The notes under the pieces are model-generated. The model did not search any database and was not told where the DNA came from. It saw nothing but the letters and a program-made list of their open reading frames with translations. From Deinococcales bacterium (GTDB taxonomy: Bacteria > Deinococcota > Deinococci > Deinococcales > JAAFIG01), in assembly GCA_043778225.1 (NCBI GenBank), contig JAYWGM010000015.1, positions 55,031 to 119,030 on the forward strand: a stretch of DNA of 64,000 nucleotides, written 5' to 3'. Positions 50,113 to 59,906 of this stretch are shown here, one piece after another (position 1 is the stretch's first letter; the number at the start of each line of letters is the position of its first letter). Position numbers and translations under genes: made by a program.

Positions 50113-51231
50113 GTGGGTTACACTGACCACGTGTCTAAGACTGCGACTGTGGCTGGTTTCCTTGCGTTTTTCTTGATAGGTGCGATTCAAGCCTTTTATG
50201 GACCTGCCCAATTTGCGTTGCGTGAACGCTTTGCGATAGATGCCAGTGCGGTCAGCTTTATTGTTTCGGCACATTTTTTGGGTTCAATGACAGGTATTTT
50301 ACTGCTGTCCCCACTCGAGCGGATTCTGGGTTGGCGCAAAGTCTTGCTGCTTGGCTCGAGCCTATTGATTACTGGTTGCCTAAGTGTTGCATTTGCCCCA
50401 ATTTGGATACTGGCGCTGCTTGGTGCAGTCATTATTGGGCTGGGCTTTGGCAGCATGGATTTATCGTTCAACACCATTTTCTCGACCGGTTTTGGTAACA
50501 ACAGCACCGCCATGACCAACATCCTGAATGCACTTTTTGGGGTCGGGGCAATTGTCGGACCTATTCTGGTCAGTGCTTTTCCTAACGACTCGAGAACTCC
50601 GTTTTTGATTGCGGCAGGTGCGACGCTGATTCTGATGCCACTTTTACTTGGCTTACGTGCCACCAAACTCGAGCAAGCCACGACTCGCTTTGTGTTTACG
50701 GGCTTGTTTGGCTTATTTGTGCTGATGTTTTTTGTCTATGTTGGGGTCGAGGTCAGTGCTGCCACGCTCGAGCCACGGCACTTAAAAGATGGTTTGGGTT
50801 TAAGCGAAAGTAGTGCCGCCCAATGGAACGCGCTCTACTGGGGTGGAATCACCGCCTCGAGAATTTTAATTGTACCGATTGCCTTGCGCTTAAAACCGCC
50901 AGTGATTGTGATGGGCAGTGCCGCAGTTTCCCTGATTGGCTTGGCGCTGACCTTTATCCCAAGTTTTGCGCCCTATGCCTATATTATTGCTGGGCTTGGT
51001 TTTGGTCCGATTTTTCCAACTGGTTTTGTCTGGCTGACCCAAGCCATCCCCTCGAGCGTGGCGGCGGCGAGTTTGGTGGTGGCGGCGGCTAATTTGGGGG
51101 CGGTGCTGATTCCACCAATTGCCTCGAGTCTTGCCACCGACCCAAACAACATTCCAGTCATCATCACGATTTTGGGTCTGCCGTTGTTGATTTTGGCGGT
51201 TTTACTGGCGCGGCGCAGTCAAAAAACCTAG
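50113..51231 (+). CDS. MFS transporter
   Basis: About 12 TM; LNALFGVGAIVGP, YVGVE, GPIFP. Confidence 0.88.
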   Translation: MGYTDHVSKTATVAGFLAFFLIGAIQAFYGPAQFALRERFAIDASAVSFIVSAHFLGSMTGILLLSPLERILGWRKVLLLGSSLLITGCLSVAFAPIWILALLGAVIIGLGFGSMDLSFNTIFSTGFGNNSTAMTNILNALFGVGAIVGPILVSAFPNDSRTPFLIAAGATLILMPLLLGLRATKLEQATTRFVFTGLFGLFVLMFFVYVGVEVSAATLEPRHLKDGLGLSESSAAQWNALYWGGITASRILIVPIALRLKPPVIVMGSAAVSLIGLALTFIPSFAPYAYIIAGLGFGPIFPTGFVWLTQAIPSSVAAASLVVAAANLGAVLIPPIASSLATDPNNIPVIITILGLPLLILAVLLARRSQKT

Positions 51232-52605
51232 CGCCGTGGCTCGAGCCAGCACCGCCTTGGTTTGTGCGCCAATGCCCTCGAGCGAATCGGCATATTTGAG
51301 CCAGTTGTACGGGCTTTTTGGGCGCACCGCAATCCGCTCAGACAACATCGCTTGGGCAAGTTCGTATTTCTTGCCACGCAGTGCAGCCTCGATTAAGGTT
51401 TTTAAGACCACATCGCGCTGGGCATGAGAACCGCCGAATTCGTGGATTCGCCGCCGAATCGGATAGAGCAGGCTGATTACGGTTTCAAAATGTCCGCGTT
51501 CAAATGCCAAAATCGCTTTGCAAACTGGCAGTCCAATATCCCTTGTCATGGCGGCGTTGTTGACAGTGCTAGCTGGGTTACGCTCGAGCCAACGCTCGCG
51601 GCTTTGAATCAGGGCTTGGGCTTGTTGCTCCCAGCCAGCGCCAACCAGTGCCATGACGGCGTGCATATCATTAAAGGCATAATAGGCGGGTTCGGTACGG
51701 TGTAGCCATTTTTCGGCAAGTCTCGAGAAACGCGCCGTTTCAGAATGTCCCTCGAGTCGTAAGCGCCACAAAAGCGCACTGGCATCGAGCAATTGCAAAG
51801 CCAGTCCGCCGTTAGAATCGTTAAAAAGCACCGCATCAAAAATGTTCAGAACCCGCGCAATATCGCCAGCCTCGAGCGCAAACAGGGCGTAATGCCACCA
51901 GTTGTGAATAATAAAATAATTGCCTGTCGTCCAATCGTTTGCCCTTGCATCGTAATACTTCATGCCATCACTAAAACGCGCAGTTTCCTCAAAAGTATGC
52001 CCAACCGCATGAAGCGCCCAAACATCCTGTGGGTTGCGCTCGACCGCTTCAAAGCCAACCTCAAACGCCCGATCGTGTTGATTCATTTCCTCTAAGCCAA
52101 ACGCCAACATTCCCAGTACATTGGCGTAATTCTTATCGCTTCTATCCCAAGCCCCTAAAACCTGCGCTGGACGGTCACGCAGCATTCGGCTGTTGCCCGT
52201 AAAAAAATCGATTTGATGCCCGACTGCCAGTGCCAATAAATCCCGTGGGTGCGCGATGGTTACTTCCTCGAGAATCCGCCCAGCCTCCAAAAAATTGCCT
52301 TCTAGCAGCGCTTGAGCCGCAGCCAGATGCCCACGTTCTCGAGGTAAGGCATTGGGCGGGATTTGAAAAGTTGCAAAGGCTTCTCGAGCCGCCAGCGCAT
52401 CAAGAGGTTCTGTGCCAAGCACCCCCAAATAGGCTTTCAGCGCCCAACCCAAGGCATTGTGTGGATCGGATTCGAGCGCCAAGTTCAGTTCGGTTGGCAT
52501 TGCACCGCGAAAATGCAAAAAGCAATCCAGCGCGTTCTCGAGGTGGGTTACGGCTTGGCGCGAGGTGGCACTGGTGGTATTTCCAAGCGAATCGGAGTAT
52601 GGCAT
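51202..52605 (-). CDS. TTC38-like tetratricopeptide repeat protein
   Basis: HPRDLLAL, GMLAFGLEE, NP.DVWA.HAV.H, HNWWH.AL, DASALLWRL, GGSHAQRDV. Confidence 0.88.
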   Translation of the reverse strand: MPYSDSLGNTTSATSRQAVTHLENALDCFLHFRGAMPTELNLALESDPHNALGWALKAYLGVLGTEPLDALAAREAFATFQIPPNALPRERGHLAAAQALLEGNFLEAGRILEEVTIAHPRDLLALAVGHQIDFFTGNSRMLRDRPAQVLGAWDRSDKNYANVLGMLAFGLEEMNQHDRAFEVGFEAVERNPQDVWALHAVGHTFEETARFSDGMKYYDARANDWTTGNYFIIHNWWHYALFALEAGDIARVLNIFDAVLFNDSNGGLALQLLDASALLWRLRLEGHSETARFSRLAEKWLHRTEPAYYAFNDMHAVMALVGAGWEQQAQALIQSRERWLERNPASTVNNAAMTRDIGLPVCKAILAFERGHFETVISLLYPIRRRIHEFGGSHAQRDVVLKTLIEAALRGKKYELAQAMLSERIAVRPKSPYNWLKYADSLEGIGAQTKAVLARATALGFLTAPRQ

Positions 52606-52653
52606 GGCTTATTTTGACACAGACCCGAATAAAAAATTCGCTATAATGCCACA

Positions 52654-53214
52654 ATGTCGCGCCCAATAGCTGTGCAAACTGCACCAAGTTTTGAAGCGTT
52701 TTTGGAATTTTTAGAAACGACCCAAGAACGTTACGAATTTGTAGATGGTAATCTATTTCAAATGCCTGGCGGAACAGAACGTCACAACTTAATAGCCGGA
52801 AGAATTATCGCGGCAGTTTTTGCTGTTGCCACAGAACACAACTGCCGACTTTTGTTTAGCGATGTTGCCCTAAAAACACCAGACGAAACAGGATATTTTC
52901 CAGATGTGATGCTGATTTGCGACCCATCAGATAATCAAGCTCGAGTGAAACGAAAACCATGCCTGATTATCGAAATTTTATCGCCAAGTACCGAAGCCAT
53001 TGACCGAGGCGAAAAACTGCGCCGCTACTGCCAAATTCCAAGTTTACAGACCTATATTTTGCTCAGTCAAGACCAACCCTGTGCCGAAGTGTACTCGAGA
53101 CTCGAAAACCAAACATGGCAATACGAAATTCTTGAGCAAGGTGGCTTAAAACTGTATCCACTGCCGCTCGAACTTCAAATAGAATCGCTTTACGCCAATT
53201 TGCCAAGCGATTAG
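52654..53214 (+). CDS. Uma2 (DUF820) family endonuclease
   Basis: RYEFVDG.LF.M.GG..RHN, YFPDV, IIEILSPSTEAIDRGEK; paralog of 35336..35896. Confidence 0.9.
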   Translation: MSRPIAVQTAPSFEAFLEFLETTQERYEFVDGNLFQMPGGTERHNLIAGRIIAAVFAVATEHNCRLLFSDVALKTPDETGYFPDVMLICDPSDNQARVKRKPCLIIEILSPSTEAIDRGEKLRRYCQIPSLQTYILLSQDQPCAEVYSRLENQTWQYEILEQGGLKLYPLPLELQIESLYANLPSD

Positions 53215-53381
53215 CCACTTGGAATTGCGCCGCGCAAAGCAGTCCAGTACCCAGCCAAAGCATCGCGCCCAGCTTGGGTAATCTTAAAACTGGTGACTGG
53301 AACTTTGCCGCGAAAGGCTTTGATCACCTCGAGATAGCCGACTTGCTCGAGTTTGGCGGTGTGGCGCGATATGATGTCCAC

Positions 53382-54323
53382 ATGAGTGATATTCAGCTTT
53401 TTTACTTGAATTCAGAAACCGCCAAACGCCTAGAGCATCAGCCCTTTAAGCTCGAGAAAGATTTACAGAAATTGTTTGAAAGACACTTGCAGGAATTGCT
53501 GGGCGTTCAATTCTTGGCAACGGAATTTATAACTGATATAACCCATGCAGGACGAATAGATACTGTTGGAATTGACGAAAACTTAAATCCTGTCGTGATT
53601 GAATATAAACGTGACCGTAACGAAAATGTTATCAGTCAAGGATTATTTTATTTGGACTGGCTTGTAAACCACAAAGCAGATTTTAAGTTATTGGTTCTCG
53701 AGAAACTTGGAAAAAGTGTAGCCGAAAAAATAGATTGGACTTCGCCGCGTTTAATTTGTGTTGCCGAGACTTATGGTAAATATGATTCTTACGCTGTTAA
53801 GCAAATGAATCGCAATATTCAATTGCTTGTTTATCGTCGTTATCCCAATGATTTATTGATACTTGAATTAGTCAGTGATGCACTTGTGGTCAATGTCACC
53901 AAAACCGTAAAAAATACGCTCCAGCCTCAACGTGTAGAAAGTGAAATTGCTGAACCTTTAGAGATAAAAACTGTTCGTCAAGACTTAGCAAAATCAAATG
54001 CTCAGGTTCAAGAGGTTTATTTGTCTTTAGAAACGTTTATTCTCGACTTAGGCGATGATATAAAACTTAAAGAATTAAAATTTTACTTTGCTTTCCAGAA
54101 GATTAAAAATTTTGTTTGCGTTACACTCTTTAAGTCAGTTTTACACCTTTGGCTCAAACTTAACCCAGATGAAATCGATTTGAGCCAATATACAGTAATA
54201 AAGGCTGCTGATATGCGAAAAGTCTCCCACTGGGGGACAGGTGATTTACAACTCGAGCTTCGGTCGCTTGAAGACCTCGAAATCGCTAAACCACTCATTG
54301 AACGTGCCTATCAAGAAAATTAA
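53382..54323 (+). CDS. NucS/DUF91-like endonuclease fused to DUF5655 domain
   Basis: LEKDLQ.LFE, GRIDTVGIDEN..PVVIEYKR, QGLFYLDWL; C-terminal K.YFAF..IKNF.C...HWGTGDL; ATG at 53382 after TATGAT. Confidence 0.8.
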   Translation: MSDIQLFYLNSETAKRLEHQPFKLEKDLQKLFERHLQELLGVQFLATEFITDITHAGRIDTVGIDENLNPVVIEYKRDRNENVISQGLFYLDWLVNHKADFKLLVLEKLGKSVAEKIDWTSPRLICVAETYGKYDSYAVKQMNRNIQLLVYRRYPNDLLILELVSDALVVNVTKTVKNTLQPQRVESEIAEPLEIKTVRQDLAKSNAQVQEVYLSLETFILDLGDDIKLKELKFYFAFQKIKNFVCVTLFKSVLHLWLKLNPDEIDLSQYTVIKAADMRKVSHWGTGDLQLELRSLEDLEIAKPLIERAYQEN

Positions 54324-54366
54324 AGCAAACTTGTACCATCTCGAGAAAAGCACTACACTCTCGAGT

Positions 54367-54561
54367 ATGACTCTAACTCGAATTACAATCAATCCAGCCC
54401 AAATGAACGGTCAGCCTTGTATTCGGGGAATGCGTTTGACCGTGCATCGCATTTTGAGTGCTTTAGCAACTTATCCAAACAGAACAGAATTATTTGCTGA
54501 TTACCCCGACCTTGAAGAAGCCGATATTCAGGCAGCGCTCGAGTTTCAGCCAAGGCTCTAG
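54367..54561 (+). CDS. DUF433 family protein (antitoxin-like, orphan)
   Basis: RITINP.QMNGQPCIRGMRLTV..IL..L....EL..DYPDLEE.DI.AALEF. Confidence 0.8.
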   Translation: MTLTRITINPAQMNGQPCIRGMRLTVHRILSALATYPNRTELFADYPDLEEADIQAALEFQPRL

Positions 54562-54594
54562 CGCACTGAAAGCCAAACAGCGCAGACTAAGCCC

Positions 54595-55266
54595 ATGCAA
54601 AAAGACAAAATTCGCATCACCAATCCAGAAGCCGCCCAAGCCCTTCGCAGCTCGAGTATTTTGCAGTATTTTCTTGAGGCTGCTAATCCGAGTGAGGTTG
54701 CCAAAAAAGCAGGTATCGCCGCCAATTTGGTGCATCATCATGCCAAAAAAGCCTTGGGTCTGGGGTTATTGCTCGAGATGAAGCGTGAAAAGAACAAAGT
54801 ATTTTACCAATTGGCGGCTCGCACTTTTACTTACCCTCGAGATTTATTGCCTGTCGAGCAACAAGAAGTGGAGGATATGAAATTGCTCAGTGCTGCTTTT
54901 TTGGCTGCCTATCAGCGTTCAGACGCACTGCTGGCATCCCAAGACCCCGATTACCATGTTCATGGTTTTGCTGATTCACACATTCCACGCCCAAAAGTCG
55001 AACCTTTTATGCCAAACATACTCGAGAAACACCCAGCCCATTTTCATTCTCGGACGCTGAATTTGGGTCGGGAGCGTTACCAGCAATTGGTGCAGGAAAT
55101 CTCTCAAGTGCTTGAGCAAGCCCAATCCGAAAAAAGTGCTGACTCGAGCCGTTGCACCATTGCAGTTTTGGCGTTCGATGGCGCTTGGCATGAAGGACAC
55201 CAAGATTCAGACCACATCAACAGTTTTGTGCCACTGCGCCCATTACCCAAAAACCAATCAGAATAA
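54595..55266 (+). CDS. ArsR-like winged-helix protein
   Basis: PEAA.AL....IL.YF...A.PSEVAKK.G....LVHHH...L.LGLL. Confidence 0.7.
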   Translation: MQKDKIRITNPEAAQALRSSSILQYFLEAANPSEVAKKAGIAANLVHHHAKKALGLGLLLEMKREKNKVFYQLAARTFTYPRDLLPVEQQEVEDMKLLSAAFLAAYQRSDALLASQDPDYHVHGFADSHIPRPKVEPFMPNILEKHPAHFHSRTLNLGRERYQQLVQEISQVLEQAQSEKSADSSRCTIAVLAFDGAWHEGHQDSDHINSFVPLRPLPKNQSE

Positions 55267-55273
55267 ATTAAGT

Positions 55274-55384
55274 AGTAATGCAAATTTAAGTTGAGGTATC
55301 AATCCAAGAAAACCGTGTGTAGGGGAAGACCCCCGTGTCTGCCCTGCTAGGAATTGGTTCAAAGTAATTCGGCTTTGGTACTTA
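55274..55384. repeat. 111-bp dispersed element (REP-containing, MITE/REPIN-like), copy 2
   Basis: Near-identical to 9055..9165 (a few substitutions). Confidence 0.85.
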
Positions 55385-55396
55385 GAACCTAAAGCC

Positions 55397-56119
55397 TTAG
55401 CGCAGTGCCTCGAGCGTGGCAGCCACAACCGCTTGGGTGGCTTTTTCGGCAGAAATTGTGGCTGGTTTGTCGCCGCTCTGCTCGCCATAATCGCCAAATT
55501 GGGCATGGTTCATGCCCTTAATTTCAACATACTTGGTACTCGAGGGGGAAAAGATTTTGGTCGAAATCACTTTTTGGGGGGTTGCTAAGCCGTCTTCCGA
55601 GCCACTAATCGAAGTGACGGGTATTTGGCTGCTCGAGAAATCAAAACTTTTATCGCAATACGCCGCCCAAAAAATCAGTCTGGTGACATTGCCTTTGTTC
55701 TTGGCGTAGTTGCAAGCCATTGCTCCACCCAGTGAATGCCCAGCAATAGCCCAACCAATTTCAGGATTGCTGGCGATAATGCTGTTGGCTGCATTGATGT
55801 TAAAAACCGCAAAATTGAGTGGCATTTTCATGATGTAGACCAAATGTCCAGCCTCGGCAATGGCGCGAAGCGGCACGGCATAGGCTTCTGGGGAAACTCG
55901 AGCGCCGGGGTAAAAAATCAGTCCAGTTTTGCCAAACGTCTTGGGCTTAAAGAAAATGCTGCTGTCGGTGTTCTCGACTGTTAAATCGTTGCCTGAGGTC
56001 ATGGCAGCCAGCGCAAGACGCTCGGCAGGTAGCGGTCTCGAGACCACAAAAACTACTGCACCGAGCGCGGCAAAAATTGAACCGACAACAATTAGGGTAT
56101 TGCGTAACCATTTGGGCAT
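55397..56119 (-). CDS. Alpha/beta hydrolase family protein
   Basis: GLIFYPGA.V, AGHSLGG nucleophile, DG, GMNHAQFG.YG. Confidence 0.9.
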   Translation of the reverse strand: MPKWLRNTLIVVGSIFAALGAVVFVVSRPLPAERLALAAMTSGNDLTVENTDSSIFFKPKTFGKTGLIFYPGARVSPEAYAVPLRAIAEAGHLVYIMKMPLNFAVFNINAANSIIASNPEIGWAIAGHSLGGAMACNYAKNKGNVTRLIFWAAYCDKSFDFSSSQIPVTSISGSEDGLATPQKVISTKIFSPSSTKYVEIKGMNHAQFGDYGEQSGDKPATISAEKATQAVVAATLEALR

Positions 56120-56130
56120 GGGTAGAGCAT

Positions 56131-56195
56131 AGGTTAAAAGGGCAAAGGGTTAAAAGGGCAAAAGTTTAACCCTTTTACCTTTTTGCCTTTTAACC
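56131..56195. repeat. Short-unit inverted/direct repeat hairpin (likely terminator)
   Basis: GGTTAAAAGGGCAAA x2 followed by the complementary TTTGCCTTTTAACC. Confidence 0.6.
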
Positions 56196-56897
56196 TTTCT
56201 TAGCTGGTTGACTTGGGCGAACTTCGACTCGAGAAGGCAGGGTTCGGGCTGGCATGGCGAGTAAATCCACAATAATCTGGGCGATGTCCTCGGGTTGAAT
56301 TTTCCAAGCGTCGTTTGGGTTTGGGGTGTGGTTGTTAAAATAAGTAGCTACACTGCCGGGCATAATTTGCGTGACTTTAATGCCCAATGCCCTCAGGTCA
56401 AGCATGATGCTTTCAGAAAAGCCATTTAAGCCAAATTTGCTGGCGTTGTATGCCGAAGCCGAAGCAAAGGGGTTTTTTCCAGCCAAACTCGAGATTGTAA
56501 AAATGTAGCCTTGGCTTTTTTGTAGGGCTGGAATACTGGCTTTGACACTGTAAAATGCGCCCGTTAGGTTGGTTTCGATAACACTGTTCCAATCCTCGAG
56601 CGTTAAATCTTGAACGGGCTTAAAAATGCCAACCCCAGCATTAGCAACCAAGCAATCCAAAGTGGAAAATTCTCGAGTTGCGGTTTCGACAGCCATCTCT
56701 AGGCTGGCATAATCCCTGACATCAGCGACCACACCAACGGCTCGACCAGCTTGTAAGCTGTTCAGGGTTTGGGTAGCTTGCTCAAGTTCGTCGCCATGAC
56801 GCGAGGTGATGACCACATTCCAGTTATTATGTACCAACGCGGCGGCGATGGCGTAGCCAATTCCTTTACTTCCACCAGTAATCAGAGCAGTTTTCAT
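56190..56897 (-). CDS. SDR family oxidoreductase
   Basis: TALITGGSKGIG, ANAG, ISSLAG, YNASK. Confidence 0.92.
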   Translation of the reverse strand: MKTALITGGSKGIGYAIAAALVHNNWNVVITSRHGDELEQATQTLNSLQAGRAVGVVADVRDYASLEMAVETATREFSTLDCLVANAGVGIFKPVQDLTLEDWNSVIETNLTGAFYSVKASIPALQKSQGYIFTISSLAGKNPFASASAYNASKFGLNGFSESIMLDLRALGIKVTQIMPGSVATYFNNHTPNPNDAWKIQPEDIAQIIVDLLAMPARTLPSRVEVRPSQPAKKG

Positions 56898-57132
56898 AGA
56901 CTCGAGTATGACCGATTTTTGCCATAACCGATGTACCACAAACCACAGCTTGCGATGTATCCTAACCACAGCTTTTGACTTTCGGTATTCCAATACAGCA
57001 CAATGGTGCTATGGCTTTTGTAAATTGGTTTGAAAACTCACCCAAAATTGGAATTTGGCAAGAATTTGAAGTACAAAAGTCGGCTTTTCCTCAGCCCAAA
57101 GAAGCTGTGCAGTATCGTATACTGGTTAAACC

Positions 57133-58083
57133 ATGACGCAGAGCTTCGTGCCACTCGAGGTGGCTGGATTTACCCACCCCGGACAAGTTCGGGAATTAAA
57201 CGAAGACACTTGGGCGCGAGAAACACTGCCCTACGGCGAATTATTTTTGGTTGCCGACGGCATGGGTGGACACCGCACGGGCGAAGTCGCCTCAAATATG
57301 GCAACCGAATCGTTGGTGGTTGCCATGCGTGAACTTGCCGATGTGCCAACCCAGAGTTTGCCTCGAGCCATGCAGCGCAGCAACTTGGCGGTTTTCCAAC
57401 ACGCCAGCCGCAAAGCTGAATCACGCGGTATGGGGACAACCATGACTGCGGTGGTGGTGGATGGGAACGCCGCAATTTTTGGTCATGTTGGCGATTCACG
57501 CGCTTATTTAATTCGTGGTAGCCGCATCGAACAACTGACTCGAGACCATTCTTGGGTTGCCGAGCGGGTACGCCAAGGGCTGTTGTCCGAAGAAGAAGCC
57601 CGCGACCATAAATGGCGCAATGTGATTACCAATGCGCTCGGCTCGAGACCACAACTGCGACTCGATTTATTTGGCATGAATTTACTCGAGGGCGATATGA
57701 TTATGCTTTGCTCGGATGGGTTATCCAATCTGGTCAGTTCGCAACAAATGCTGCAAGTGGCGCTTGAACACGCTTTTGACCCGATCGAAGAAGTCACCCA
57801 AGAATTGGTTCGCTTAGCCAACGAGGCTGGTGGTCACGATAACATCACCTGTGTGGTGGCTCGAGTCAAACGGCTGATGCCACGCAGCAAACCGTACCCA
57901 TTGCCACAATTGCCTAAAGATGAAGGTTATTCGCCAGATTTACAAGAAGACCCAACCAGTACGATTATTTATGAAGGTAGTGCGGTTCAGGCTTCACAGC
58001 GCCGTTGGTTGCTGCCGTTGGCGATTGTGCTGTATGTGGTGCTTTTTGGGGCGTTGTTGCTGCTTTTGGGTGGGGCAAAGTGA
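57133..58083 (+). CDS. PP2C (Stp1/PrpC-like) Ser/Thr phosphatase with C-terminal TM
   Basis: G.VRELNED, VADGMGGH..GEVAS, MGTT, HVGDSRAY, LT.DHS, LCSDGL, GG.DNIT. Confidence 0.93.
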   Translation: MTQSFVPLEVAGFTHPGQVRELNEDTWARETLPYGELFLVADGMGGHRTGEVASNMATESLVVAMRELADVPTQSLPRAMQRSNLAVFQHASRKAESRGMGTTMTAVVVDGNAAIFGHVGDSRAYLIRGSRIEQLTRDHSWVAERVRQGLLSEEEARDHKWRNVITNALGSRPQLRLDLFGMNLLEGDMIMLCSDGLSNLVSSQQMLQVALEHAFDPIEEVTQELVRLANEAGGHDNITCVVARVKRLMPRSKPYPLPQLPKDEGYSPDLQEDPTSTIIYEGSAVQASQRRWLLPLAIVLYVVLFGALLLLLGGAK

Positions 58084-59267
58084 TTGCAATTGACCAAACC
58101 GAATTGGTTCGTTTGGCACAGCATCTGGTGCAAATGGATTCGGTGGCTGCGCCTAACCGTCCACACGAAGAAGCCGTGGCGAGGTACTTAGCCAATTATC
58201 TCGAGCAACTTGGTTTTGTGGTGCAACTCGAAGAAGTTGCTCCGCAACGCCTGAATCTGATGGCGAGTTTTGACACAGGCAAACTCGGGAAATTGCTGAT
58301 TCTCGAGGGTCATACCGATGTCGTGACCGAAGGCGACTTGAGTGCATGGCATAAAGACCCATTTTCGGGCGAAATTGCCGATGATTGCTTATGGGGGCGT
58401 GGCAGTGCCGACATGAAAGGTGGTTTGTCGGCAGCAATTGTGGCGGCTACGGCTGTTCGGGCGCTTTTTCTCGAGGGAAAACTAGATTTGGCTGGCGAGT
58501 TGCGCTTGCTGATTCCTTGCGATGAAGAAGGCATGATGTCGGGCATTAAACAAATGGTGCGCCATGGTTGGCACACAAAAAATGGATTGCCTGCCGACGG
58601 GGCAATCATCTGCGAACCCGAAGAACTCGAGCTTTGCCTGTTTCAACGTGGGGGTATTCGGGTTGCGATGCGCTTTATCGGTAAACAAGCCCACGGCGCA
58701 ATGCCCTATGCTGGCATCAATCCAATTCCATGGTTGGCACAAGCGATACAAGCCATAGGTCGGCTTGAAGCTGAACTGCAAGTTATTGAGCATCCAGTGT
58801 TGGGTAAGCCGTATATCACCCCAACCGTTCTCGAGGCGGGCAGTCTGCCACAGCTTAATGTCATGCCCGGCGAAGCACTTTTAGCCCTCGATATTCGTAC
58901 CATCCCCGGTGTAGACCACAGCCAAATCCATGCAAAACTGCAAGCCATTTTACAAGAAATTCCAAATGCCAAATCGACTTACCAGATTATCGATGACCGC
59001 CCATGGACGCACACCGAACCCAAGGCAGAAATTGTGCAGGTTCTCGAGACCGCCAGTCGTCTGGTTTTGGGGCGTGAACCACGTTATGGTGGTGTTCCCG
59101 GTACAACCGATGGCACTTTTTTACACGCGGCGGGTGTGCCGATTGTCACGGTCGGTCCGGGTGACCGCGAAATACCACATCAGGCAAATGAATTTGTGCA
59201 AATTTCTGAGCTCATTTTGGCGGCAAAATTGTATGCTCAATCAATTGCTTTATTTTTAGTGGCGTAA
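58080..59267 (+). CDS. M20 family metallopeptidase (DapE/ArgE-like)
   Basis: EGHTDVV, GRGSADMKGG, DEE, EP, GKQAHG, GTTDG, H..NE; GTG at 58080 overlaps the phosphatase stop. Confidence 0.9.
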   Translation: MIAIDQTELVRLAQHLVQMDSVAAPNRPHEEAVARYLANYLEQLGFVVQLEEVAPQRLNLMASFDTGKLGKLLILEGHTDVVTEGDLSAWHKDPFSGEIADDCLWGRGSADMKGGLSAAIVAATAVRALFLEGKLDLAGELRLLIPCDEEGMMSGIKQMVRHGWHTKNGLPADGAIICEPEELELCLFQRGGIRVAMRFIGKQAHGAMPYAGINPIPWLAQAIQAIGRLEAELQVIEHPVLGKPYITPTVLEAGSLPQLNVMPGEALLALDIRTIPGVDHSQIHAKLQAILQEIPNAKSTYQIIDDRPWTHTEPKAEIVQVLETASRLVLGREPRYGGVPGTTDGTFLHAAGVPIVTVGPGDREIPHQANEFVQISELILAAKLYAQSIALFLVA

Positions 59268-59358
59268 GAATCTTGAAAGAGAATTTTGATACACTACAAA
59301 TGTAGAAAATATCACACAGGATAACGCAATCGTCGGTAGACCTTCTGTACGGAGCAAT

Positions 59359-59787
59359 ATGAGCTTACTCGAGAACCTAAAAAATACCTTGCAAAACGGT
59401 TGGAATGTCGCCAAAGAAAAAGGCGAACTTGGCGCTCGAATCGGACGCTTACGCCTTGATTTGGTACGGCTTGAGCGCGAACGCAACCAGCAATTTGCAC
59501 GTCTTGGGCGGGCATATCATGCCAATGCTGCCGATACGGATGGACTTGCGCCTTTGCTGCTCGAGATTGACCGTTTGACCCAAATCATGCGTGACCGCGA
59601 GAGCGTTATGGCGCAACTGCTCGAGCAAGACAGCACTACCAAAGAGCTAAAAGACGCAACTTCGGATGATGTTATCGACTTTGCGGCAACTGAACCCATA
59701 ATCGTTGCGGCAACTGAACCCACAATCGTTGCGGCAACTGAACCCATGAGCCTTGCGGCAAGTTCAAACGAAGATAAAATTAACTAA
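59359..59787 (+). CDS. Hypothetical coiled-coil protein with C-terminal repeats
   Basis: GGAG RBS; GRLRLD...LERER....ARLGRAY. Confidence 0.7.
   Translation: MSLLENLKNTLQNGWNVAKEKGELGARIGRLRLDLVRLERERNQQFARLGRAYHANAADTDGLAPLLLEIDRLTQIMRDRESVMAQLLEQDSTTKELKDATSDDVIDFAATEPIIVAATEPTIVAATEPMSLAASSNEDKIN
59681..59762 (+). repeat. Intragenic 24-bp tandem repeat (about 3.4 units; AATEPxIV)
   Basis: TTGCGGCAACTGAACCCAYAATCG units at 59681, 59705, 59729 and a partial unit at 59753. Confidence 0.88.
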
Positions 59788-59906
59788 ACTATTAGGAAAT
59801 TAAAGACACAACAGCTTATTTTCCCCTTGGAATGAAAATAATTTCTAGGCTTTCCTGCATTTTGCGCTAAAATAAGGTATCATCCTGCACGTTTAGAGGT
59901 GACACC

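Noticed and set aside
51202..52605. Second TPR protein as another peptide receptor
   Set aside because: It matches the TTC38-like family, has no DNA-binding domain, and no adjacent small secreted ORF was found.
53274..53381. N-terminal extension of the NucS-like gene; likewise upstream extensions of ychF, SDR, M20, DUF433, PIN and the mazE-like gene
   Set aside because: Family N-termini plus RBS or -10 positions indicate the downstream starts.
59788..59906. Riboswitch or GlnR/RDRM-type site upstream of glnA
   Set aside because: No convincing palindrome or conserved RNA motif could be recognised by eye.
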